Positions 1-8,888 of a stretch of DNA of 64,000 nt are shown here, piece after piece (position 1 is the first letter of the stretch; each line of letters begins with the position of its first letter). The notes beneath the pieces were generated by a model. That model saw only the letters and a list, made by a program, of their open reading frames with translations. It ran no database searches and was not told the DNA's origin. Made by a program: the position numbers and the translations under genes. The DNA comes from Calditrichia bacterium (GTDB taxonomy: Bacteria; Calditrichota; Calditrichia; RBG-13-44-9; J075), in NCBI GenBank assembly GCA_050633245.1, contig JBOEGD010000001.1, forward strand, positions 64,001-128,000, read 5' to 3'.

Positions 1-70
1 ATCAACAGCCATATCCTTTGGCCGTATCACTTACAACACATAGAAAATATGCTTTTTTGGAGGCCTTACA

Positions 71-1387
71 ATGAACCGTTGTGTACTAACCTTTTTATTT
101 GCCTTCCTGTTCCAATCACTACTTTTTGCTCAGGCTTTCAATGGCAACTATAGTTTGCAAGGTAATCAACTTATGCTCAGCCAATCAGGGCAAACAGTTA
201 CCGGCACGTTACAAACTACAGATGGCGGACGCTTTACGATCCAAAGTGAGATTGCCGGAGGCGAAGCACTGGGAAGTTTAACCGGCCCCGAAAGCACAGA
301 GTTTTTTGGCGCATACTTTGAAGGCGGTGGTCTTACAGTTATCATCGCCCCATTGGTTTTGGGCATCCCCGACTTAGAAAGTGGTCAGCTGTTTCAATTT
401 CAGCGTTCTGCGGCACCGGCAGCTGATCCGCCAGCTGCGAATTCAGCAAAGCCCGCTTCTGCTCAGTCTACGCCTGAAGTCGCTGCGACGCCTTCTACTC
501 CCGTTAAGCCGCTACGAGAAAATGGCACGGCTGGACTTAAAGCAGGCGAACGATATTCTTCCGGCACGCGTGTAAGGGACTCGGGATCAGGTGTTTCATT
601 TGTCTTGCCCGAAGATTGGTTTGGCGGCGTTCCGGCGAACAGCGATGGTTTTCTACTTGGCTCAAATACCATTGCCGGGGTTGGTATTGTCTACATGCGT
701 CAGCAAACAACCCTGCAGCTTGCCGAGCAGCTATTAAATGCACCGCAGGATTTAGGAGATGGCGTTATTCTCCAGCCTACCGGAGAGGTGAAGCGCAGCA
801 TGAATCGCATTGAGATTGAGTACTCAAATGGTACTTACTTCGGAAAGGCCATTGCACGGGTTGGGAAGTTTGGCAATGGAGCTGCTGCTTTCTGGGCAGG
901 TCCAATTGCAGATAAACAGCGCTATGCCAAGCTTACCGGACAGGTTGCAGGCTCATTCAAATTTTTAAAGCCAACGAAAAGCAGTGCAGCAGTAGAGTGG
1001 GACAGTTGGCTGCGCGGCACTATGCTCAGGCAGCTCAGCAGCAGTTCCAGTAGTGGGTATGGTGATGGCAGTTATTCCGGTTCCAGTTCATCAACTACGC
1101 TGCATCTATGTAGTAATGGACGCTATTCTTACTCGAGCAGCTCCAGTTTTTCTGTGGATGCCGGTGATGCTGGATTTGGCTACAGCGGCGGCGGTGCCTA
1201 TGGACAGAGTGGAGACAGCGATTCAGGAACCTGGAAAGTGCAGGGAAGTAGCGGGCAGGTGGTGCTCGTTTTAACAAGTGATGAGGGGGGCGAAGCCGGT
1301 ACTTATGTCTTAAGCAGCAACAGTGAAAACCATACTTTGGTTAACGGCGAACGCTATTTTCGCGTAGATAGCGATTGGTGCGAATAA
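71..1387 (+). CDS. Secreted hypothetical protein (signal peptide, Pro/Ala linker, Ser/Gly-rich C-terminal beta domain with two Cys)
   Basis: 438-aa ORF with GGAGG RBS upstream; signal peptide ending LFA-Q; APAADPPAA..PSTP linker; no recognised catalytic motif. Confidence 0.8.
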   Translation: MNRCVLTFLFAFLFQSLLFAQAFNGNYSLQGNQLMLSQSGQTVTGTLQTTDGGRFTIQSEIAGGEALGSLTGPESTEFFGAYFEGGGLTVIIAPLVLGIPDLESGQLFQFQRSAAPAADPPAANSAKPASAQSTPEVAATPSTPVKPLRENGTAGLKAGERYSSGTRVRDSGSGVSFVLPEDWFGGVPANSDGFLLGSNTIAGVGIVYMRQQTTLQLAEQLLNAPQDLGDGVILQPTGEVKRSMNRIEIEYSNGTYFGKAIARVGKFGNGAAAFWAGPIADKQRYAKLTGQVAGSFKFLKPTKSSAAVEWDSWLRGTMLRQLSSSSSSGYGDGSYSGSSSSTTLHLCSNGRYSYSSSSSFSVDAGDAGFGYSGGGAYGQSGDSDSGTWKVQGSSGQVVLVLTSDEGGEAGTYVLSSNSENHTLVNGERYFRVDSDWCE

Positions 1388-1649
1388 TAAAGTTGTTGGC
1401 AGATTGCGCAATCTGTTTCAGAAAATGTAATCCGGCTAACTTTACAGTTGCATATTCGGCCGAAATTTAGTATTTATTGGGTGTTAGACAAGGAAGTCTA
1501 AACACATAAATGCAATGAGGTCATTATTCTACAAAATCACCGCAAAGCGCGATCGATCATTATCGCCACCTTCCGGGATGAAGCAAAATCGTGGATGTCT
1601 TGTTTTTGCGATTCATCAATTAAAACTCCCAACTCTTTAGCTATTTGCT

Positions 1650-2138
1650 ATGCGAAAAATAAGCGATAAGATTGTGTCTCGGCATGAGCTCAATGAAGCT
1701 CGCGCGATGCTGAAGGCAAACGGGAAAAAGGTGGTTTTTACAAATGGGTGCTTCGATATTCTTCATCGTGGACATGTTGAGTACCTGCAGGATGCCGCGG
1801 CTCTTGGTGACGTGCTGGTTATTGGCTTGAATGACGATGCGTCTGTGCGCCGCTTGAAGTCGGCCGATCGACCAATTGTTGCAGAAGAGGATCGTGCTTT
1901 TTTATTGGCTGCTCTGGAAATGGTAGATTATGTTACTCTGTTCACGGATGATACACCGCTCTCATTAATTACGTCTTTGCTGCCGGATGTGCTGGTAAAA
2001 GGTGGCGATTATAATCGCAACACCATTGTTGGCGCTGATGTGGTTGAAAAAAATGGTGGGCAGATTTGCGTAATACCTCTAACTCCCGGACGTTCTACGA
2101 CCGGTATAGTTGAGCGGATTAAAAAACGAATTAAATAA
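1650..2138 (+). CDS. rfaE2: D-glycero-beta-D-manno-heptose 1-phosphate adenylyltransferase
   Basis: VFTNGCFDILHRGH (HxGH), GLNDDASVRRLK, PDVLVKGGDY and STT motifs. Confidence 0.95.
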   Translation: MRKISDKIVSRHELNEARAMLKANGKKVVFTNGCFDILHRGHVEYLQDAAALGDVLVIGLNDDASVRRLKSADRPIVAEEDRAFLLAALEMVDYVTLFTDDTPLSLITSLLPDVLVKGGDYNRNTIVGADVVEKNGGQICVIPLTPGRSTTGIVERIKKRIK

Positions 2139-2161
2139 CTGTCTTGGAGATTCAAACATCT

Positions 2162-4030
2162 ATGAAGTTTATCACCGCCTCGATATGTATTCTGTTATTC
2201 GCAAGTGGCTGTAGCCAATTTTTAAATAAAAACAAAGAAGCGATCACACCGGAAGCCAAGCGACAAATGACGTTGCAAAAAGAGCTGAACATTGTGGACG
2301 TTTATTATAATCTTGCCGTTAGTAATCAGGCCGAGCAGGATACGCTTGATGCCGAGTATTGCTATCAGTTCGCACTGAGCCTCCTGGACAGCCTTGCCGA
2401 AAACTACGATCAGGACTCTACCTTTCTCGCCATGCAGCACACGGTTAGCTTGTCTTACGATCGTTATCTCGACGAACTCAATACTTTCTCGGAAGACTCA
2501 CTCGAAGCAAGTGCGATTTTAGCTGACTTGGCTAAGCTTTATTCCGAGAGCAATGACAGTTCCTATCGTCCAACCGGACGGGCAGAAGGTGACATGCCGC
2601 TGGTTCTGAATCGCAAGGTTGAGAATGCTATAAAATATTTTACTAAAACGCGCAAGGGGCGCCGCGTTATGAATACGTGGTTAACGCGCGCCGGGCGTTA
2701 TGAGAAACTTGTCAAAAGTTCATTGCACGAATTGGGCGCTCCAACCGATTTATTTTATCTCGCGATGATTGAAAGTGGCTTTCGTCCTACTGCGCGCTCT
2801 TGGGCTCGTGCTGTTGGCATGTGGCAGTTTATCTCAGCTACCGGACGAGCCTATGGCCTTAAACACAGCTGGTGGTACGATCATCGGCGTGATCCCGTTT
2901 TGGCAACCAATGCCGCCGGGCGACATCTGCTCGATCTGAAGAAACGGTTTGGCGACTGGTATTTAGCAATTGCCGGATACAATTTTAGTCCGGGAAAAAT
3001 CGCTCGTAGACTACGACAAAAGAGTATCAACGAGTTTTGGGATTTGCCAAGACTACCGCGTGAGACTCGCAATTATGTGCCTACTTATCTTGCTGCCGTG
3101 ACAATTGCGCATGACCCGCCTGCTTATGGATTTGAAATTACCCCCGCAGAGCCGCTGGTTTTTGATACCGTTACTGTAAAGGAATGTGTTGATCTGAACG
3201 TTGTCGCTGATATCATTGGAAGCACATTTAAAGAGCTAAAAAATCTGAACCCGGCACTGTTGCGCTGGTGTACGCCTCCGGATGTCAACAGCTGGGTGCT
3301 AAACCTGCCGGTTGGCAGCCGCGAACTTTTCACTGCAAAATATGCCGACATCCCCAAAGGTCAAAAAGTGAAGTGGCTGCACCATCGTGTGCGTAATGGT
3401 GAGGCTCTTTCTACTATCTCACGACGCTATGGCGTGGCAATGAGTGAAATAAAGCGATTCAACAAAATCCGTGGTACGCTGATTCGCGTCGGGCAAAACC
3501 TGGTAATTCCCGTACCGCAGAACAAGCCGTACTACAACAAATATGTAGCCTCTACGCAGACGAGAAAAAAGGCAAAAAAGACCAGAAAAAAGACACCATT
3601 AAAGCACATTAAAACTGTTGATGGTAAGGAAAAGAACCATTATCGCGTGCGTAAGGGCGATTCTCTATGGGAAATTGCCAAGGACTATAATGTCTCTGTA
3701 ACCGATATACGTCAATGGAATGGCATGGGACGTTCTCGTCTTATCAAGCCAGGGCAGGATCTGGTTATCTGGCTAGAGCCAGGGGGCAAGAAGCCGGCAA
3801 AGACGACCAAGCCGGTACTCATCGACTTAACGCCTGAGAAAAAGGCTACAGATACGCGGATTGCAGCATCTGGCAGTACTGGAAAGATGGCTACCCATAA
3901 AGTTCGCAGTGGTGATACGCTTTGGGACATCGCACAGGCTTATAACGTTTCAATCGCAGACATTAAACGCTGGAACGGAATGCGGTCGAACAAGATCAAG
4001 CCTGGGCTTGAACTGAAGATCTACAAATAA
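2162..4030 (+). CDS. mltD: Membrane-bound lytic murein transglycosylase D-like lipoprotein with 3 LysM domains
   Basis: Lipobox FASGC; SLT motifs AMIESGF, GMWQF, AGYN, ETRNYVP; LysM repeats HRVRNGEAL, YRVRKGDSL, HKVRSGDTL; start moved to ATG 2162. Confidence 0.92.
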   Translation: MKFITASICILLFASGCSQFLNKNKEAITPEAKRQMTLQKELNIVDVYYNLAVSNQAEQDTLDAEYCYQFALSLLDSLAENYDQDSTFLAMQHTVSLSYDRYLDELNTFSEDSLEASAILADLAKLYSESNDSSYRPTGRAEGDMPLVLNRKVENAIKYFTKTRKGRRVMNTWLTRAGRYEKLVKSSLHELGAPTDLFYLAMIESGFRPTARSWARAVGMWQFISATGRAYGLKHSWWYDHRRDPVLATNAAGRHLLDLKKRFGDWYLAIAGYNFSPGKIARRLRQKSINEFWDLPRLPRETRNYVPTYLAAVTIAHDPPAYGFEITPAEPLVFDTVTVKECVDLNVVADIIGSTFKELKNLNPALLRWCTPPDVNSWVLNLPVGSRELFTAKYADIPKGQKVKWLHHRVRNGEALSTISRRYGVAMSEIKRFNKIRGTLIRVGQNLVIPVPQNKPYYNKYVASTQTRKKAKKTRKKTPLKHIKTVDGKEKNHYRVRKGDSLWEIAKDYNVSVTDIRQWNGMGRSRLIKPGQDLVIWLEPGGKKPAKTTKPVLIDLTPEKKATDTRIAASGSTGKMATHKVRSGDTLWDIAQAYNVSIADIKRWNGMRSNKIKPGLELKIYK

Positions 4031-4182
4031 GACCAATGCTTGAAAAGACTGTTACTATAGATTGAACAGGCTGCCTTGCGTAGCCTTACCCGTGAGCCTA
4101 TGGCCCTCTGAATCTGTCAATTCTGGCGTAGGCTTATCCTTCCACAGACATAGATCCGCTTCGAGCTCGGTATTTCCGTTGT

Positions 4183-4330
4183 AAGGAGGGTATATGCCTC
4201 ATCGCATTCGTCCAGTTTAGTATTCACCTGATTTCCGAACGAATTATATAGTGCAGAACTATATCCATTGAAAAAAGCACACCACACATAACTCACGCCA
4301 CATAGTAACCCACGACTTAAGTCCTGCGCT
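4183..4330 (+). pseudogene. Possible eroded 5' fragment of an IS200/RAYT-type Y1 transposase with a degenerate REP-like hairpin
   Basis: AAGGAGG RBS, ATG at 4194; with frameshifts it reads MPH..FVQFSIHLI..TNY..AELYP, resembling TnpA N-termini (MPQS..QIYIHLVFSTK.R..ELY.Y); GTAACCCACGACTTAAGTC at about 4305. Confidence 0.35.
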
Positions 4331-4483
4331 GCTCGTTGACAATGAGCCCAAATAGGCTATTGAACAAATCAGCTTTTTTCGCTACATTAGAATGTGACAA
4401 AATTTCTCACCGTTTCAATCAAGTACAAAAATAAAAACAACTTCCGACAATAGAACCGCATCAGGCACAGGAGAAGGACAAAT

Positions 4484-5458
4484 ATGAAGAAAATCGGCAT
4501 ACTCTTCGGTAAGGAAAACACCTTTCCACACGCATTTGTAGAGCGTGTAAATTCAAAGAAAGTTAAAGGCATTGAAGCCGAATTCGTCAATATTGACAAA
4601 GTTATGCAGGGCGTTTGTGATGAATATGCCGTGATCATCGACCGTATCTCACAGGACATTCCGTTTTACCGCGGCTACCTGAAAAATGCCGCCTCCGCTG
4701 GTGTCGCGGTCATTAACAACCCGTTCTGGTGGAGTGCTGACGATAAATTCTTCAATAATGCGCTTGCCCAAATGGTTGGCGTGAAGGTGCCGAAAACGGT
4801 GCTATTGCCATCCAATCAACATCCGCCGGATACCGATCAGATGTCGATGCGTAACTTGGCGTATCCGCTAAATTGGGATGCAATTTTTGAGTATATCGGT
4901 TGGCCAGCCTTCTTTAAGCCCTTCTCCGGCGGTGGCTGGAAGAATGTGTACAAGTGCGATGATCGCGATGCATTTTTTAAGGCTTATCACGAAACCGGTC
5001 AACTTGTAATGATGCTGCAGGAAGAAATTGACTTTACGGATTATTACCGCTGTTACTGCCTTGGACGCAAGGAAGTCCGCCTGATGGAATATAATCCCAA
5101 GCAACCGTATCATTTGCAGTATGTTAAAAATCCTGCACCAATACAGGCCAAGATGAAAAAAACACTGGAAGATGCCGTATTAAAGCTTTGTATTGGACTT
5201 GGTTACGATTTCAATACGGTTGAGCTTGCAATTCGTGACGGCGTTCCATATGCCATCGACTTCGGTAATCCGGCCCCGGATGCAGACTACTATTCCGTTG
5301 GTGAAGAAAATTTCGAATGGGTTGTTGAAAACGCAGCAAACATGGCTATCGAGCGGGCAAAAGCTCACAACCCGAAAGGCATGAATCTGACCTGGGGGGC
5401 ATATGTATCCGCCGCGGTCAATAATTCTCGAATCAACAGCCGATCCATCAAAAAGTGA
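4484..5458 (+). CDS. RimK/glutathione-synthase-like ATP-grasp ligase
   Basis: VINNP..DDKF, VPKT, FFKPFSGGGWKNV, MLQEEI and AIDFGNPAP ATP-grasp motifs; AGGAGAAGGA RBS. Confidence 0.85.
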   Translation: MKKIGILFGKENTFPHAFVERVNSKKVKGIEAEFVNIDKVMQGVCDEYAVIIDRISQDIPFYRGYLKNAASAGVAVINNPFWWSADDKFFNNALAQMVGVKVPKTVLLPSNQHPPDTDQMSMRNLAYPLNWDAIFEYIGWPAFFKPFSGGGWKNVYKCDDRDAFFKAYHETGQLVMMLQEEIDFTDYYRCYCLGRKEVRLMEYNPKQPYHLQYVKNPAPIQAKMKKTLEDAVLKLCIGLGYDFNTVELAIRDGVPYAIDFGNPAPDADYYSVGEENFEWVVENAANMAIERAKAHNPKGMNLTWGAYVSAAVNNSRINSRSIKK

Positions 5459-5462
5459 GAAC

Positions 5463-6590
5463 ATGTATATGGCAGAAGAGAAACTGTTTACACTGGGAAT
5501 AGAAGAAGAGTTTCAGATCGTAGATCCGGAATCCCGGGAGCTGCGATCTCATATTCAACAGATCATTAAAAGCACGAGTGCTCCGAGACTTGCAGAGCAG
5601 CTTAAACCTGAAATGCATCAGTCCGTGGTAGAGATTGGAACACACGTTTGTCAGGATATCAATGACGCGCGTGAAGATCTCCACGAGCTTCGCCATGAAT
5701 TGGCTAAAACGGCCATCGAAAATGGCATGCGCATCGCTGCTTCAGGAACGCATCCCTTTTCTCACTGGAAAGACCAGCTAATTACCGAGCATCCACGCTA
5801 TCGTACGATTGTCAAGGATATGCAAATGGTCGCTCGTGGTAATCTAATATTTGGTCTTCATGTACATGTTGGAATAAAGGATCGCGAAAAAGCAATCCAT
5901 ATTATGAATACGGCCCGTTACTTTTTACCACATATTCTGGCACTGTCTTCGAACTCTCCGTTTTGGATTGGCCGAAATACCGGCTTTAAGTCGTATCGTG
6001 TAAAGGTTTTTGATCGTTTTCCCCGCACCGGAATCCCGGATTATTTCAGCAGTCTGGCAGAATATGAGAGCTATTTAAAACTACTTGTTAAGACCAACTG
6101 TATTGAAGACGGGAAAAAAATCTGGTGGGATTGTAGACTGCATCCGGTTTTTGATACGCTTGAATTTCGTATCTGTGATGTGCCCATGCGCGCCGATGAG
6201 AGTCTTGCCATCGCTGCGGTGTTTCAGGCTATTGTTGCCAAACTTCACCTACTGCAAAAGCAAAATCTGGATTTCCGGCTTTATCGTCGCAACTTACTTA
6301 TGGAAAACAAGTGGCGTGCCTGTCGTTATGGGCTCGATGGTAAACTCATTGATTTTGGTAAGCAGGAAGAAGTCGATTGCCGCGCACTTATCGATGAGAT
6401 CCTCGAATTTGTAGATGAAGTTGTAGATGACCTTGGAACAAGAAACGAGATGAACTACATCAAGCAAATGATGGAAACGGGTAGTGGTGCAGACCGACAG
6501 CTGGCTATCTTCGAGCAGTCGAATGATCACAAGAGAGTTGTTGACTATATTATCAATGAAACGCACTATGGCCTTGGTTTGGATGCCTGA
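5463..6590 (+). CDS. ybdK: Carboxylate-amine ligase, YbdK/GCS2 (glutamate-cysteine ligase-like) family
   Basis: TLGIEEEF, EMHQSVVE, GTHPF, GLHVHVG, SPFW, WWDCRLHP, TLEFRICD; start moved to ATG 5463 (or 5469). Confidence 0.9.
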   Translation: MYMAEEKLFTLGIEEEFQIVDPESRELRSHIQQIIKSTSAPRLAEQLKPEMHQSVVEIGTHVCQDINDAREDLHELRHELAKTAIENGMRIAASGTHPFSHWKDQLITEHPRYRTIVKDMQMVARGNLIFGLHVHVGIKDREKAIHIMNTARYFLPHILALSSNSPFWIGRNTGFKSYRVKVFDRFPRTGIPDYFSSLAEYESYLKLLVKTNCIEDGKKIWWDCRLHPVFDTLEFRICDVPMRADESLAIAAVFQAIVAKLHLLQKQNLDFRLYRRNLLMENKWRACRYGLDGKLIDFGKQEEVDCRALIDEILEFVDEVVDDLGTRNEMNYIKQMMETGSGADRQLAIFEQSNDHKRVVDYIINETHYGLGLDA

Positions 6591-6612
6591 TAATCCGCTA
6601 GCTTATTACAAT

Positions 6613-6636
6613 GTTGCCCTCAGCATAGAGGGCAGC
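6613..6636 (+). other. Intergenic stem-loop without U-tract (possible mRNA-stabilising or processing hairpin)
   Basis: GTTGCCCTC-AGCATA-GAGGGCAGC. Confidence 0.5.
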
Positions 6637-6668
6637 TTCATCGACGACCTGAATAACGGATAAACTTC

Positions 6669-7853
6669 ATGATTGAATCGATTCGTCAGGCATTTATCGA
6701 TGCCTTCGACCCCGCCGTTTATAATCAATTTATTAAAGACATTCACACGAGTAATCAGGAAAGTTTGGTGTTCAGGGTATCTGAATCCCCTCTGTTCTTA
6801 TCCGATGAACTGACGAAGAAACTGATTTCTGCCTCTAAGGATGTGCTGGAAGTCTTGCGTCAGCCGGGCTACTCGGCTCAGGTTGAAAATGCCATTCCAC
6901 CCGGAATGCATGTTGCAGGCGAAACGAAGCACACCAATTTCCTTCAGGTAGATTTTGCTATTTGCCGAGACGCAAATGGCGAGCTCTCCCCACAGCTTAT
7001 CGAATTACAGGGCTTTCCCTCTCTGTATAGCTTCCAATGTTATCTGGACGATAAAATCAGACAATATTTTGATATTCCTGCCGGATTCACCCCATTCTTT
7101 AGCGGCCTCGATTCTGTAGCGTATCATCAGCATTTCTCGAAGCTGTTGCTGGGAGATAGTGATCCTGAAAACGTGGTGGTGCTCGAAATTGATCCATATA
7201 AGCAAAAAACGCGTATCGATTTTTATCTTACAGAATCATTCTACGGCGTCAAAAGCGTTTGTCTGAGCGATATTATTCAGCGTGGTAGAAAACTCTTTTA
7301 CAAACGTGACAATCGTGAAGTACCGATTGAACGCCTCTATCACCGCTTCATATTCGACGAGTTGGAAAAACGAAAAGATATAACGTGTGGATTTAATTTT
7401 GAAGATGATTTGGATGTAACCTGGGTTGGGCATCCGAACTGGTTTTTTAAAATCAGTAAATATACGATGCCATTTATAAACAGCCCATATTGCCCGGAAT
7501 GTAACTTTTTAAGTGATTTGGAAACCTGGCCTGATGATTTGGAGAACTATGTATTAAAGCCGCTTTTTTCTTTTGCCGGAAGTGGAGTTATTGTAGATGT
7601 CGATCGGAAAACCCTGGATAGTATTACGGATCGACAAAACTTTATTCTGCAAAAGAAGGTTGAATATGAACCCTTTATGAAAACACCTGATGAGCCAGCC
7701 AGGGCAGAAGTGCGTATGATGTTCCTGTGGGATGACGAGCCAATTTTAGTGAATAATCTGCTTCGCCTTAGCAAAGGCAAGATGATGGGTGTCGATTATA
7801 ATCAAAATAAGACCTGGGTCGGTTCATCACTTGCATATCATCACCCGGTATAG
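6669..7853 (+). CDS. Circularly permuted ATP-grasp (GSP-synthase-like fold) peptide ligase
   Basis: The DF..LIELQ acidic motif precedes YVLKPLFSFAGSGV and FILQKKVEY, i.e. permuted ATP-grasp order. Confidence 0.7.
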   Translation: MIESIRQAFIDAFDPAVYNQFIKDIHTSNQESLVFRVSESPLFLSDELTKKLISASKDVLEVLRQPGYSAQVENAIPPGMHVAGETKHTNFLQVDFAICRDANGELSPQLIELQGFPSLYSFQCYLDDKIRQYFDIPAGFTPFFSGLDSVAYHQHFSKLLLGDSDPENVVVLEIDPYKQKTRIDFYLTESFYGVKSVCLSDIIQRGRKLFYKRDNREVPIERLYHRFIFDELEKRKDITCGFNFEDDLDVTWVGHPNWFFKISKYTMPFINSPYCPECNFLSDLETWPDDLENYVLKPLFSFAGSGVIVDVDRKTLDSITDRQNFILQKKVEYEPFMKTPDEPARAEVRMMFLWDDEPILVNNLLRLSKGKMMGVDYNQNKTWVGSSLAYHHPV

Positions 7854-7861
7854 TTCGCTCT

Positions 7862-8872
7862 ATGAATGAAAAGCTCAACTTCGATCCTGAATTACGAGAA
7901 GGTGCCTCAAATGCTGTGCATGTGTGTCTGCAAATTCAGCCGCATGAACGCGTTACCATTATCGGGGGGCATGAGTGTAGTGAAATAGTAGCTGCTCTGG
8001 TCGAGCAACTGGGACAACTTGAAGCCCGCTATCACATTATGTTTCTCGAAGATTATTGCAAACGACCATGTACGCGGCTCCCTCAAGAGTTCTTCGCCGA
8101 TCTCGCCACGTCTCAGGTAAGTATTTATGCTGCCGCCGCCCGTCCGGGAGAGTTGGCCGCTCGCTGTCAATTAACTGCATTTGTCAACGAGCACAGTATT
8201 CGTCATGCACACATGGTGAATATTACCCGTCAAATTATGCTACAGGGCATGCGGGCAGACTTTTTAAAGGTCGATAAGTTGAGTGCCGACCTCATCGCCA
8301 AAGCACGCAGAGCCGAAAAAATATATGCAAAGACCGCTGCCGGAACGGATATCGAAGCTCAGTTTATCCCTGAGCTCAAATGGGTTAAGACCAGCGGGAT
8401 AATTTCTGTCCAGAAATGGGGGAATTTGCCTGGCGGAGAGATCCTGACATCGCCGGCAAGAGTTGATGGCGTGTTTGTCGTAGATGGTGTGGTCGGTGAT
8501 TTTCTTTGCGAACAATATGGCGATCTAAACGAATATCCTCTGAGAATTGAGATCGAGAACTCCCGGATTCGGAATGTTGAGTGCAAAAACAATGAGCTAC
8601 TGCGAGACTTCAACGCTTATACGACAACAGACGAAAACAGCAATCGCGTCGGTGAATTTGCGATCGGAACCAACATCGCGATAACAGAACTGATTGGCAA
8701 TATTTTACAGGATGAAAAAATACCGGGAATTCACATTGCTTTTGGGGACCCCTACGGTGAGCATACCGGGCAAAACTGGCAATCTAAAACACATATTGAC
8801 TGCGTTGGTCGCAATTTCGATATTTGGCTGGAGCAAGAAAAGGTAATGGAAGACGGAGCATTTATTTTCTAA
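7862..8872 (+). CDS. Peptidase M29 (aminopeptidase T / thermophilic metalloprotease-like)
   Basis: NLPGGE, VGEFAIGTN, ILQDEK..GIHIAFG and SKTHID metal-binding motifs. Confidence 0.85.
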   Translation: MNEKLNFDPELREGASNAVHVCLQIQPHERVTIIGGHECSEIVAALVEQLGQLEARYHIMFLEDYCKRPCTRLPQEFFADLATSQVSIYAAAARPGELAARCQLTAFVNEHSIRHAHMVNITRQIMLQGMRADFLKVDKLSADLIAKARRAEKIYAKTAAGTDIEAQFIPELKWVKTSGIISVQKWGNLPGGEILTSPARVDGVFVVDGVVGDFLCEQYGDLNEYPLRIEIENSRIRNVECKNNELLRDFNAYTTTDENSNRVGEFAIGTNIAITELIGNILQDEKIPGIHIAFGDPYGEHTGQNWQSKTHIDCVGRNFDIWLEQEKVMEDGAFIF

Positions 8873-8888
8873 CAGCTGCCAAATCAGA

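Noticed and set aside
1515-1640. 41-codon ORF upstream of rfaE2
   Set aside because: No convincing RBS or recognisable motif; likely chance
4387-4659. Antisense and alternate-frame ORFs overlapping clear genes (this and many others in the track)
   Set aside because: Shadows of well-supported genes, with no motifs of their own
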